IMG/VR virus record: IMGVR_UViG_2657244940_000007
Span: 1 to 12,529 of that record
Direction: 5' to 3' (one strand)
DNA: 12,529 bases
Origin: a virus
Lineage: Duplodnaviria; Heunggongvirae; Uroviricota; Caudoviricetes
Of this stretch, positions 1 to 8,295 are shown in pieces. The notes below the pieces were generated by a model. The model did no database searches and was not told where the DNA came from. It saw only the letters and a program-made list of their open reading frames with translations. A program made the position numbers and the translations under genes. Positions within the stretch are counted from its first letter, which is position 1. Each line of letters opens with the position of its first letter.

Positions 1-419
1 TTTACACGCTCCAGCAGGATGCTTTGCTCATGGTAATAGTCCATAAGAAGAGTAACATCCTCTTTATCAAGCTTACTTAATTCGCTGAAGTAGGATTTAA
101 ACACTTTATCAGTCTGGTTTAATGCAATCTGTAAGCGAGGCCCCCCTAATGATTTGACATTAATGGCAAAAGGCTCGCCAACAAAATGCTCCGAATTTTC
201 GTCAAAGCCAATATATCTCGTTTTATCAAGAAAAGTGAGAGCGCGATGGTTATTAGCGATTTCATATGCAAACATTGTTCTGATACTGTCCCTCTCAGCC
301 TCCATGCTTATATCATCACGATGATTTGTATAAAATATATTTCCAACAAAGAGAACCATGGCAAGAATCACTGAACTTGCCTCCCAGTTAATATTTTTTA
401 ATCGTCGCTTAGTAAACAT
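1..419 (-). CDS. Partial CDS (5' end only; continues beyond window start): hypothetical protein with N-terminal hydrophobic anchor, carried in AT-rich accessory DNA at the P2 Z/fun-equivalent position
   Basis: My own reverse-complement translation from ATG at 419 gives 139 codons with no stop: MFTKRRLKNINWEASSVILAMVLFVGNIFYTNHRDDISMEAERDSIRTMFAYEIANNHRALTFLDKTRYIGFDENSEHFVGEPFAINVKSLGGPRLQIALNQTDKVFKSYFSELSKLDKEDVTLLMDYYHEQSILLERV... AAGGTG Shine-Dalgarno-like motif a few nt upstream of the ATG. One ~17-residue hydrophobic stretch (SSVILAMVLFVGNIFY). An uninterrupted frame this long in AT-rich DNA is unlikely by chance. Not in the supplied ORF track, presumably because it is open at the window edge. 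No family recognised. Confidence 0.6.
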   Translation of the reverse strand, partial: MFTKRRLKNINWEASSVILAMVLFVGNIFYTNHRDDISMEAERDSIRTMFAYEIANNHRALTFLDKTRYIGFDENSEHFVGEPFAINVKSLGGPRLQIALNQTDKVFKSYFSELSKLDKEDVTLLMDYYHEQSILLERV

Positions 420-640
420 ACCGCACCTTAATTATCAAAAATATTCCTTCAGTGTTATCTGGTTAGCCTAAACCAAGTCATTAAAGTCTGCAGGATATCA
501 TATACATAAAATGTATTGATTAGAATTTGCACTAATAAAATAATGCTTTACTAAAATCTACTCCAGACACAGAGCGGCCTGTCAGATTAGGCTTTACTCT
601 GTGCCATAGATATGTTTGCTCACTCCAGAGATCATACAAC

Positions 641-1168
641 TTATTGCGGCATTTCCGGCCATTCAGGATTTGCAGGATCCACACGACTGACCAGAACGCT
701 GTAACGCTCCCATGCATCCAGTCGGCTACGCTCCTCATCTGTTGCCATGTTCAGTCTGACCGCGCGCTCCAGCGGCAAAATCACGGATTCAGCATCTGCA
801 AGAAGTCTGGCTTTCCGGTTTTCTGCCTGCTGCAGCAATTCCTCTGCCGTATAAATGCGTTTAATCACTTTGCCGTCCTTAAACATCCAGCCCCCTGAAA
901 TGTCCGCCCGTCGGTTAGCAGTAATATCCGCCACTTCAACAACACTTAATCCATCCGGTCTGATAGCTGTCACATCCTTTTCCACATAGCGGATAATATT
1001 ATCTTTGTCGTACGCTATTTTTATCGTGTCATCAGCAAAATACTTTTGTTCTTCGTACCAGTTCTTACCATCTTCTGAAAAAAACCAGACAACATCAAAA
1101 CCCTTTGTCAATTGATATTGTTCAACCGTTTTTGGATTACCCGCCGTAATATTTTTTAAATGCTGCAT
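641..1168 (-). CDS. G: Phage tail fibre assembly protein (P2 gpG-like chaperone)
   Basis: 175 aa, same length as P2 gpG. Begins MQHLKNI and ends ...[14 protein letters not shown], as I recall for P2 G / Tfa family. Lies 3 nt downstream of the tail fibre gene on the same strand. Confidence 0.85.
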   Translation of the reverse strand: MQHLKNITAGNPKTVEQYQLTKGFDVVWFFSEDGKNWYEEQKYFADDTIKIAYDKDNIIRYVEKDVTAIRPDGLSVVEVADITANRRADISGGWMFKDGKVIKRIYTAEELLQQAENRKARLLADAESVILPLERAVRLNMATDEERSRLDAWERYSVLVSRVDPANPEWPEMPQ

Positions 1169-1171
1169 AAA

Positions 1172-3931
1172 TTATACCTGCGCCACGTTATACCATGTCC
1201 CGTTAATGTATTTCTGAACCGGCCTGTAATATACACCACCAATGTTATCGGCAGAGTTTGAGCCGGTATCCTGAACAATAATGCCGGAATATACACACCC
1301 GGACGGTGCCTGATGTGTCCATGTCATGCCATTGTTCGCAGGTTTGTATGTGGCAGCACCACCAAGCCGGATATCCCGGACATAGCGGGAATCAAAGTTA
1401 CCGTAATCCGAGGGATTAACACGCCCCGTAATATTTATGGTTTTATTACTTTGAATACTTCCCGAGACAAAGCGCATAATATGGACGCTATTAGCATAAA
1501 CATCCAGATTACCATCACCATTTTGTTTAAAGCCCGTGTCATTATCACCCAAAACAATCGAATTACCGCCAAGAGCACTGGATGTTCCTATACCCAGAGC
1601 ACCATTCAATTGACCACCAGATAACGGCAGTGCACCGACATCTCCCGCTGTAGGTTTTCGCGTTGTGGTATAAAACTCAGACCAGTCAGCCTCGAATCCG
1701 TAACCGTCACGAGCAGAACGATAAAAAATACCGCCGTTCTTATAATTAACGCGGAACTGGGCGGCGGGACAACTTCCTTCACCGATATTAAAATGAAGAA
1801 TTAACGTTGATGCCCCACCAGTAGTTGCGTTATAGGCTCCGCTACTCCAGTTCCACCCAACGGCTTTATCATTCGCAACGGTGTCTCCTGTTTTTCCTGA
1901 AGCAAATGCACCAATATTTTTCGGCGTCAAGTTAATATCTGATGTTCCATCAAACGAAACGTTATTAATTTTACGGGCTGTTTTCAGCTTTGTTGCTGTC
2001 GCCGCATTGCCGGACAGTTCACCAGAAAGGCCAGCACTGAATGTCTGTTTCGCGCCCCATGTCTGGGCTTCGTCAATGATTGGTACTCGTCTTGCTGTGA
2101 TCGTGCGGCTTCCCGGATTTCCTGAAATACGCACCATAAAAAAGCGGTAGTTCGCTTTACTTACAGTGCTGCGCCATACATGCATTGAGCGCCCCGTACC
2201 GGAATCATCACTCGGACCAACTGCGATGTTTATCAGGTTGCCATCAATGACGCCCCAGTCCATACCGTCGGGAATGTTGGTCATGTTATCAAGCCGCACG
2301 GTTATCAGACTGCCCGGCACAAAATCGTAGGTCTGCCAGTCCAGACTGGATAGTTTTGCCACTGCGCCACCGATGCCCAGATTCAGAGGCAACGAAAAGG
2401 AGTTATATACTTCTCGCCATTCGGTCCATTTGCTCCCGGCGTAGACGCGCTCAAAAGTGCGTCCCTGTGTGGTTTCTGATTTCCCTGTGGTTGTGTAACG
2501 CTGCCAGACAGACACACCATCAAAACGTCTGATTACTTCCAGTATCCCAAGTAGTGTCGCGCCAACGGTGTCCAGCATCGGACCGTTTGTTGCCTTTCCT
2601 GTAACACTGTAAATACCGGGGTCGGTTAGAACATTTAAATCACCTTCGTAATAACGACTCTCTGACTGATGACCGACTCTTAACCACGGTTCCCACTGCG
2701 GATTTGATGCATCCCAGCTTGCCGCAAGACAGCGGACATACATATTTCCACGGCGAGTGGTATAACGTTGCGTTCTTCCATAATTTCCGCCTTCGAGGAT
2801 CTCAAGCATCCCCTGAGCAAAGCCGCCTTCCTCTGGATAATTGCGTTCATATGAAGCTATAGCTGAGCTACTGTTACGCCATAAACCAAGATGCTCGGCG
2901 GCTCCAAGCGTATTCAGGTCTATAGTCGTACTCAAAGGGCGGGTAGCAGATTGAGTGTGACGCCATACGCCCCACGGACCATCAGTGCCATTCCACCTAT
3001 TGGCGAGTTTACGCATGTATACATTGCCGTCTCTCGTGGTAAAGCGTTGCGTACCTGCAAAATTGCCGGCAGCAAAAACCTCAAGCACACCGACAGCATT
3101 ATCTTCCGGGAAATTTTTCTCCAGTGTTGCGTTGGTGGATGTTGCTTTAGACCAGATACCTGAATAAGCCTTAACAGGACCAAACGTATTCAGATCAGCA
3201 TCAAGCGGCATTTCGCCATTGTTTTTCATAAACGTCAGGCTGGTAACGCCAACATTGTCCAGAAAAGCTGATTTATCCTGGATATCTGCACCGTTCTGAT
3301 TTTTCGCCAGACGTGAATTTGCGTTGTCATTCGCAGCCTTGACCGCTTTTGGCGTTGCCGCCAGCTTTTCACTGGTGCTGTTTGTTGCACTGCTTAACTG
3401 AGTAAAACCTTTTTCTGTCAGCGTGGCGTCAGGATGGCGGCGGGACTGCTCATGCTCTGCGATTTTGTCATCGACGTAATCCTGCGTAGCCATCACTGTG
3501 CTGGCATCAATACTCAGCTCAACGGACGCCACGTTGCTGAGAATAATAACCATGCGGCAGGTCTGCGCACGTCCGGAGCCTTCAGCCAGTTCTGGCTTAT
3601 AGCTTTCTGCCATGTTGGATACCGCAATCAGTGTTCCGGCATCGTCATACAGACCAAGCTCACGCATCCAGAAGCCGCCCACTTCTGGCGGAACAACCAG
3701 TTCAGCCACAATATAGTTTTTATTCTTATTATCCACACTGACTTTATTCAGAGCGTGACGCCAGACCTCATGCACCAGTTTCGTCTGACCGGCATCCGGC
3801 ACCGGTAATTTGCCATTACCGTCACCCACGGCCATTGCAGACAGGTTTACTTTTTTCCCGCCGGGGACAGTGGCGGCAGCCAGCTTTGCGGCTCCGGCAG
3901 TAGTGATAACGGTTTTAAATTTCGTGCTCAT
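1172..3931 (-). CDS. H: Phage tail fibre protein; P2 gpH-like N-terminal domain with a divergent, repeat-containing C-terminal receptor-binding region
   Basis: 919 aa. N-terminus (MSTKFKTVITTAGAAKLAAATVPGGKKVNLSAMAVGDGNG...) matches the conserved P2 H baseplate-attachment region as I recall it. Middle has three ~55-aa tandem repeats with a G.LE..(x)G..G.TQR[FY]TTR.GN.Y.R core. C-terminus resembles lambda Stf / T4 gp37-type tips. P2 H is 669 aa by recollection, so this is a longer mosaic. Confidence 0.9.
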   Translation of the reverse strand: MSTKFKTVITTAGAAKLAAATVPGGKKVNLSAMAVGDGNGKLPVPDAGQTKLVHEVWRHALNKVSVDNKNKNYIVAELVVPPEVGGFWMRELGLYDDAGTLIAVSNMAESYKPELAEGSGRAQTCRMVIILSNVASVELSIDASTVMATQDYVDDKIAEHEQSRRHPDATLTEKGFTQLSSATNSTSEKLAATPKAVKAANDNANSRLAKNQNGADIQDKSAFLDNVGVTSLTFMKNNGEMPLDADLNTFGPVKAYSGIWSKATSTNATLEKNFPEDNAVGVLEVFAAGNFAGTQRFTTRDGNVYMRKLANRWNGTDGPWGVWRHTQSATRPLSTTIDLNTLGAAEHLGLWRNSSSAIASYERNYPEEGGFAQGMLEILEGGNYGRTQRYTTRRGNMYVRCLAASWDASNPQWEPWLRVGHQSESRYYEGDLNVLTDPGIYSVTGKATNGPMLDTVGATLLGILEVIRRFDGVSVWQRYTTTGKSETTQGRTFERVYAGSKWTEWREVYNSFSLPLNLGIGGAVAKLSSLDWQTYDFVPGSLITVRLDNMTNIPDGMDWGVIDGNLINIAVGPSDDSGTGRSMHVWRSTVSKANYRFFMVRISGNPGSRTITARRVPIIDEAQTWGAKQTFSAGLSGELSGNAATATKLKTARKINNVSFDGTSDINLTPKNIGAFASGKTGDTVANDKAVGWNWSSGAYNATTGGASTLILHFNIGEGSCPAAQFRVNYKNGGIFYRSARDGYGFEADWSEFYTTTRKPTAGDVGALPLSGGQLNGALGIGTSSALGGNSIVLGDNDTGFKQNGDGNLDVYANSVHIMRFVSGSIQSNKTINITGRVNPSDYGNFDSRYVRDIRLGGAATYKPANNGMTWTHQAPSGCVYSGIIVQDTGSNSADNIGGVYYRPVQKYINGTWYNVAQV

Positions 3932-3941
3932 TGTTTCTCAC

Positions 3942-4472
3942 TTATCCGGGATAAACAGTAATAACATCACCATCACAGACCACACCGCCTGTATACAGAT
4001 AGCCGGGAATGTCCTGGATAATGTTCAGACCGATAAGGTGGCGACTTGCGGGTTTGGCATCGGCAATCAGCCGTTCCATTTCCAGATACATCTCCTCCGT
4101 GATGCCGCTTTCCAGCACACCGATATCAAGGCGAAAGGTGCCGGGCGGGTCGTTTGTCTCCCACCATTCCTTTACGTTAATGAGATAGCCGAGCGGCTCC
4201 ACCACACGCCGGATTGCGCCTATAGTGCCTTTATGACAGTGGATGAAATAGGCATCGCGAATAACGGCGCGTTTTGTCGCTTCCGGCCACTTTTCATCCC
4301 ACCTGTCGACCGAAAACGCCCATGCCAGCCACGGCAGCAAATTTGCCGGGCAGGTGTCCGGGTTCCACTGCTCACGAATCCTGACCGGCGTTTTTTCAAT
4401 TTCCGCACAGGCTTTTGCGGCAGCAACTTCAAGCGGTGATGAGCCGGTCGGCAGCAGTCGCGAATCACTCAT
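3942..4472 (-). CDS. I: Baseplate assembly protein I (P2 gpI-like)
   Basis: 176 aa, same as P2 gpI; begins MSDSRLLPTGSSPLEVAAAKACAEIEKTP..., ends ...DVITVYPG. Synteny J-I-H-G. Confidence 0.9.
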   Translation of the reverse strand: MSDSRLLPTGSSPLEVAAAKACAEIEKTPVRIREQWNPDTCPANLLPWLAWAFSVDRWDEKWPEATKRAVIRDAYFIHCHKGTIGAIRRVVEPLGYLINVKEWWETNDPPGTFRLDIGVLESGITEEMYLEMERLIADAKPASRHLIGLNIIQDIPGYLYTGGVVCDGDVITVYPG

Positions 4473-5372
4473 CCGAGCCTCCGGTCACGACGCGGTATTC
4501 GGTGCAGAAAGACGCCTGCGTACTGTTGAGCACGATGTCGGCCAGTGGTGCGGCCAGTTCGACACGCTGCACGCCTTCCACATGCAAAGCGGCATAAATG
4601 GCAGACAGACGGATGTCGCGCCCCAGCCGGTGCTGTGCCGTGATGTATGCTTCCAGTTTTTTCACGGCGGCCGCGCGGATGGGTTCACTTTCGGGACCAG
4701 GGTAAAGGTAAAGCGTGGCGTTTATCTGGTATTCAACAATGGCGGCAGACTGCACGGTCACGCGGTCGGCCACCGGTCTGACGTCCTCGCCATTCAGGGC
4801 GTTACGCACCACCGCCAGCAGGTCTTCGGATGCGACACCGTTATTCTCACGTGACAGCACAGAGATGGTGACGCAGGCCGGAGACGGACTGGTGACAGAG
4901 ATATCCGCGACACGCCCGTCAGCACTGCGGCCATGATACTGATAGGCACCCACCGACCCGGCGACGCTTAAACCTTCAAACGCCTGCTGAATACGCAGAC
5001 GATAATCGGTATCAGATTCCATCACTGCCGGTGTCGGCGGGATAGTCGAATCATCTGCCGGGGTGATAGTCAGACGCGTGGTGTTGTAATTGGCACCAAT
5101 CACATCAAGGTCATTACCCGCGGCACAGGCCAGCATCACCGCCCGTGCGGCCTCATTCACACGCTGACGCCAGATAAGCTCACGATAAGCATTTTCCTCC
5201 AGCAATTTGACGAGAGGCTCGGATTCCAGCGTCAGGGTACGGCGACCGCCTCCTGCTGGTCTTCCGGGTAAAGGGAAATCAGTGTCGCCTTGCGTTCGGC
5301 GAGAATGGTTTCAAAGTCCAGCTCCTCGACCACATCCGGTGCGGGTAGCTGGTTCAGGTCGATAATCGGCAT
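4465..5372 (-). pseudogene. J: Baseplate assembly protein J (P2 gpJ-like) interrupted by an apparent single-base frameshift near 5238..5244
   Basis: ATG at 5372 translates MPIIDLNQLPAPDVVEELDFETILAERKATLISLYPEDQQEAVAVP then TGA at 5232..5234. The rest of J (RTLTLESEPLVKLLEENAYRELIW... to GGSDE) continues in the adjacent frame and is the 4465..5205 ORF in the track, which begins at TTG. Combined length ~302 aa equals intact P2 gpJ. Read directly from the sequence on the minus strand: ...gcg gtc gcc gta ccc tga; one extra C (gcc cgt acc ctg) would restore ...AVARTLTLE... Confidence 0.65.
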
Positions 5373-5376
5373 GGTT

Positions 5377-5724
5377 TCAACTCACAGGGATGGTTAACGA
5401 AAGTGGCTGGCCGGTGTCGTTGTGCTGGCCGGTTAACGTGACCGTCATTCGCCCGTCAAAACTGCGCTCAGTGGTGACGGATGACAGGGTGACGCGGGGT
5501 TCCCATTTCAGCACCGCCATGTAACAGGCGACCTTAATCTGCAACTCAAGCGCCGGGGTCTGCGGCTGGTCAATCATTGACGCCAGCAACGAGCCGTAAT
5601 CACGACGCATCACCCGCGAGCCGACCGGTGTGCGCAGGATATCGCCGATACTCTGGCTGATATGCTCAAGGTCAGTGACAGTCAGGCCATCACTGCAATT
5701 CATTCCGAGATAACGCGCTGTCAT
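5377..5724 (-). CDS. W: Baseplate assembly protein W (P2 gpW-like)
   Basis: 115 aa, same as P2 gpW; MTARYLGMNCSDGLTVTDLEHISQSIGDILRTPVGSRVMRRDYGS... Four-base ATGA overlap with the V stop. Confidence 0.9.
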   Translation of the reverse strand: MTARYLGMNCSDGLTVTDLEHISQSIGDILRTPVGSRVMRRDYGSLLASMIDQPQTPALELQIKVACYMAVLKWEPRVTLSSVTTERSFDGRMTVTLTGQHNDTGQPLSLTIPVS

Positions 5725-6356
5725 AGAGGGCTCCCGGTTGTGCCGCCGCTGTCGCCGGGGTGTTTATGGGTATGCAGTACCTTACCATTTGATGAGAGTT
5801 CACCGCCGGTGTGTTCAATGTTGCCGCGCATCGTCCCGCCCTTCTGTACTTCCAGCGTGCCGGTAATCAGCCTGTTGGTGCAGACCACCTCCGGTGTGTC
5901 CAGGGTGATGCGAGTTGACGCTTTCACCATGACCACCGGCACCGTGGCGATAACAGAATCAGAAGCCGTCACGCTGGCCGTTTTAATTCCGCTTACCGTC
6001 AGTGCACTGGTTTCAGGTTCATACTCAATCACCGCCCCGTCAGGGAAACGGATGTACAGGGCATCCGCCGACGCAGACGGCGCGGGGTTATCACCGGAAT
6101 AAATCCCCGGCAGAACAAACGCCGTGTCGAGTTCGCCGCCCACGGACAGAATCAGCACCTGCTCCCCCACCGAAGGTGCCCACCATGTGCGTGAACGTCC
6201 GGCACGATGAGTCAGCCACTGAAGCCAGTCGGTGCACATGCCGCCGGTCTGCACACGGCAGCGACCGGCATTAAGGTCGGTTTCGACGATAATGCCGGTG
6301 CGAATCATGTTGCGCAGTGCGCGCGCGAGTTCCTGAATATTTGCGAGAGTGTTCAT
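5721..6356 (-). CDS. V: Baseplate central spike protein V (P2 gpV-like)
   Basis: 211 aa, same as P2 gpV; MNTLANIQELARALRNMIRTGIIVETDLNAGRCRVQTGG..., C-terminal HTHKHPGDSGGTTGSPL. Confidence 0.9.
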   Translation of the reverse strand: MNTLANIQELARALRNMIRTGIIVETDLNAGRCRVQTGGMCTDWLQWLTHRAGRSRTWWAPSVGEQVLILSVGGELDTAFVLPGIYSGDNPAPSASADALYIRFPDGAVIEYEPETSALTVSGIKTASVTASDSVIATVPVVMVKASTRITLDTPEVVCTNRLITGTLEVQKGGTMRGNIEHTGGELSSNGKVLHTHKHPGDSGGTTGSPL

Positions 6357-6422
6357 AACGGGAAGGATGCCGCCGGGTCATACCGTCGGCAATGTGACGA
6401 TGAGGTGTCGGGAATGGCACAA
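6357..6422 (-). promoter_or_regulatory. Probable position of the Ogr-dependent late promoter P_V, assigned by synteny only
   Basis: 66-nt S-V intergenic gap, where P2 has late promoter P_V. The only dyad I see is TGT-N10-ACA at 6405..6420, which does not match the TGT-N12-ACA spacing I recall for Ogr/Delta sites. Element not verified. Confidence 0.25.
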
Positions 6423-6875
6423 CTAACGGTCAAGGTGAGCCTGGATAATCTCTTCAATCATCTGCACATCCTCACCGGTAAAGCCGAGCAGAGGACGCGC
6501 CGGATAATCAATCTTCTTACCGTCTTTCCGGTTTTCTTCCGACAGACCGAACTGATGCACACTGGCGATTTTCGGTGACTTTCCGCCGTAAAACTCCATT
6601 GAGGCCTGTTCAGGGCTGGCGCGGATATGCAAAAAACGACTGGTGATAAGTTTCGCAAACATTTTTCGCTTAACGCGACCGGTCTTTTTTCTGGCGCTCT
6701 GCTGCTGACGTGGCGCGTAGGGTGTGCCGTCCGGGGCTTTCTGTGCCATCACCCGACGCTGCTGACTCTGCCGCAGACGCTTCGCCAGTTCGGCACTCAG
6801 TCGCCGACGCCCTGACGGTGACAGCGATTCAATCAGTCCGGTCAGCCGGTCTTCAAAACGCTTAAACTCATTCAT
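6423..6875 (-). CDS. S: Tail completion protein S (P2 gpS-like)
   Basis: 150 aa, same as P2 gpS; MNEFKRFEDRLTGLIESLSPSGRRRLSAELAKRLRQSQQRRV... Confidence 0.9.
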   Translation of the reverse strand: MNEFKRFEDRLTGLIESLSPSGRRRLSAELAKRLRQSQQRRVMAQKAPDGTPYAPRQQQSARKKTGRVKRKMFAKLITSRFLHIRASPEQASMEFYGGKSPKIASVHQFGLSEENRKDGKKIDYPARPLLGFTGEDVQMIEEIIQAHLDR

Positions 6876-7335
6876 CCCACTTGCTCACCAGTTCGCCATT
6901 GATATACAGCTCCATCGGGCGGGTGACCGGCTCCGGCGGCGGGGGTTCCGGGATATTCTTCACATGCAGTGCGCCGTCCACCTCACTGACCAGCGTGCGC
7001 TCGGTCAGCATCAGGCTGATGCTGATATCAAAGCTGCTGTCATTGTTGATGTCTGCATAAAACGTGAAGCCCTTTTTCTGACCTTCGTCGGTGGTCATGA
7101 TGTCGGGCTGATTTTCCCGCAGCCACGCCAGCACCGGCACGATGAGCAGGTCAAAATCACCGGTAAAGTCGGTCACAATGACATTGAGCGTGTAACGCTT
7201 TTCGAATGACAACGACGCCGCCAGTGTGGAGGCAATACTCCCGTTATCCACGAATATCCGCAGCATATCGGGGTTAGTTTTCAGCACCGTGACGGCATCA
7301 GTCAGCGCCCTGCGCAGGCTGTCGGGTTTGAGCAT
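6868..7335 (-). CDS. R: Tail completion protein R (P2 gpR-like)
   Basis: 155 aa, same as P2 gpR; MLKPDSLRRALTDAVTVLKTNPDMLRIFVDNGS... Overlaps the S start. Confidence 0.9.
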   Translation of the reverse strand: MLKPDSLRRALTDAVTVLKTNPDMLRIFVDNGSIASTLAASLSFEKRYTLNVIVTDFTGDFDLLIVPVLAWLRENQPDIMTTDEGQKKGFTFYADINNDSSFDISISLMLTERTLVSEVDGALHVKNIPEPPPPEPVTRPMELYINGELVSKWDE

Positions 7336-7588
7336 CGTTTTCGTCCTGACAGTGTTTAATCATTTTTACCTGGCTGGCACAGCGCGCCAGCGCGTTCTCA
7401 AGCTGCCGGATATCGGCACTTAAATCACCGTTCGTCTCCGGGTCGCTGCCCGGCATCGGGCAAAGACTCACTTTCGGGCAGGCGTTGTGGACAATCACTG
7501 GCATCGGTGCAGGCGGGGCGCTGGTGCAACCGGCGCACAGCATCAGGCAGGTCAGCGCCGTACCAGCGGCGAAAATCTTCGTTTTCAT
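7298..7588 (-). CDS. lysC: LysC, Rz1-like outer-membrane spanin (lipoprotein), embedded out of frame in the 3' part of lysB and running into the R start
   Basis: 96 aa. Signal-peptide-like N-terminus with Cys-containing lipobox-like segment (MKTKIFAAGTALTCLMLCAGCTSAPPAP...), proline-rich mature part. Embedded arrangement is the established P2 lysB/lysC organisation. Confidence 0.75.
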   Translation of the reverse strand: MKTKIFAAGTALTCLMLCAGCTSAPPAPMPVIVHNACPKVSLCPMPGSDPETNGDLSADIRQLENALARCASQVKMIKHCQDENDAQTRQPAQGAD

Positions 7589-7868
7589 TCAGTAATCTCG
7601 TGATGGTTTTCTCGCGCTGTGCTTCACGCTTCGCGGCGTTCTCCAGTTCCTGACGCAGTACCACCTGCGCCAGCTCGTTTTTGTCTGCTCTGGTGAGGGC
7701 AACATGAAGCTGATTTTTCAGCATGGTGATGGTCGTCTGCTGCCCGCTGGCGACGTTGTTCGCCCTGTCCAGCGAGGCGCGCAGGCTGGCGTTTTCATGC
7801 TTCGCCAGAAACAGCCCCGCCACCGCCAGCGATAACAACACAACCATCACAATCATCAGCCTTGACAT
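7425..7868 (-). CDS. lysB: LysB, Rz-like inner-membrane spanin
   Basis: 147-aa ORF (P2 LysB ~141 aa by recollection, so the true start may be an internal Met). N-terminal TM helix (MIVMVVLLSLAVAGLFLA) followed by a charged coiled-coil-like region. Position between lysA and R. Confidence 0.8.
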   Translation of the reverse strand: MSRLMIVMVVLLSLAVAGLFLAKHENASLRASLDRANNVASGQQTTITMLKNQLHVALTRADKNELAQVVLRQELENAAKREAQREKTITRLLNENEDFRRWYGADLPDAVRRLHQRPACTDASDCPQRLPESESLPDAGQRPGDER

Positions 7869-8281
7869 GGTTCCCGCCCCTCAAGACGCTGACGGCAGGC
7901 CGTGCGTATCAGCCGGAAAAACAGCGACGCCACGAGATAAATCAGCGCGGTAAAAATCCACCCGGCAGCGACCAGCGAGATAAATGTCGCCACCATCACA
8001 ACCAGAGCCGCCGCCCGTCTGCGCCACGGCACCGGCTGCAAAAACAGCGACGTGACAATCTTCACGGCCAGCGATTCCGGCGGCAGCTCCCGCCCGTAGC
8101 GTTCCAGCACATACTCAGTGGCATACACGCCGACACCACCGGCAAACACACAGATAACCATCGCCAGAATCGCCCATGCGGCGACAAAACTGACGGCCAC
8201 GCTCTGCGGGTAAATCAGGGACAGTGCCAGCATCAGCGCCAGCGACACGTTCAGCATCAGTGAAAGGGATAATTTCTTCAT
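7856..8281 (-). CDS. lysA: LysA, multi-pass membrane protein affecting lysis timing (P2 LysA-like)
   Basis: 141 aa, same as P2 LysA. Several hydrophobic segments. Position between K and lysB. Confidence 0.8.
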   Translation of the reverse strand: MKKLSLSLMLNVSLALMLALSLIYPQSVAVSFVAAWAILAMVICVFAGGVGVYATEYVLERYGRELPPESLAVKIVTSLFLQPVPWRRRAAALVVMVATFISLVAAGWIFTALIYLVASLFFRLIRTACRQRLEGREPCQG

Positions 8282-8295
8282 GGTGTTTACTCCGT

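Noticed and set aside
186-374. 62-aa plus-strand ORF inside the AT-rich left-end region
   Set aside because: It lies antisense to the longer open minus-strand frame (at least 139 codons, with a Shine-Dalgarno-like motif), which is the more plausible gene.
568-603. Inverted repeat CACAGAG...CTCTGTG about 40 nt downstream of the G stop on the minus strand, considered as a terminator for the late operon
   Set aside because: The stem is only 7 bp with a ~22-nt loop and no clear U-tract, too weak to call as an intrinsic terminator.
532-738. 68-aa minus-strand ORF overlapping the 3' end of gene G and the G-cargo spacer
   Set aside because: Alternative frame across the end of the well-supported G gene; no independent support.
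1313-6578. Numerous plus-strand ORFs of 60-209 aa lying antisense within tail genes H, I, J, W, V and S (for example 1313..1624, 3434..3808, 3810..4439, 4354..4854, 5662..6102, 6207..6578)
   Set aside because: They are fully contained in, and antisense to, minus-strand genes with strong length and sequence agreement to P2 proteins. GC-rich DNA produces long spurious antisense frames. Their translations are low-complexity and Arg/Pro/Cys-rich with no recognisable domains.
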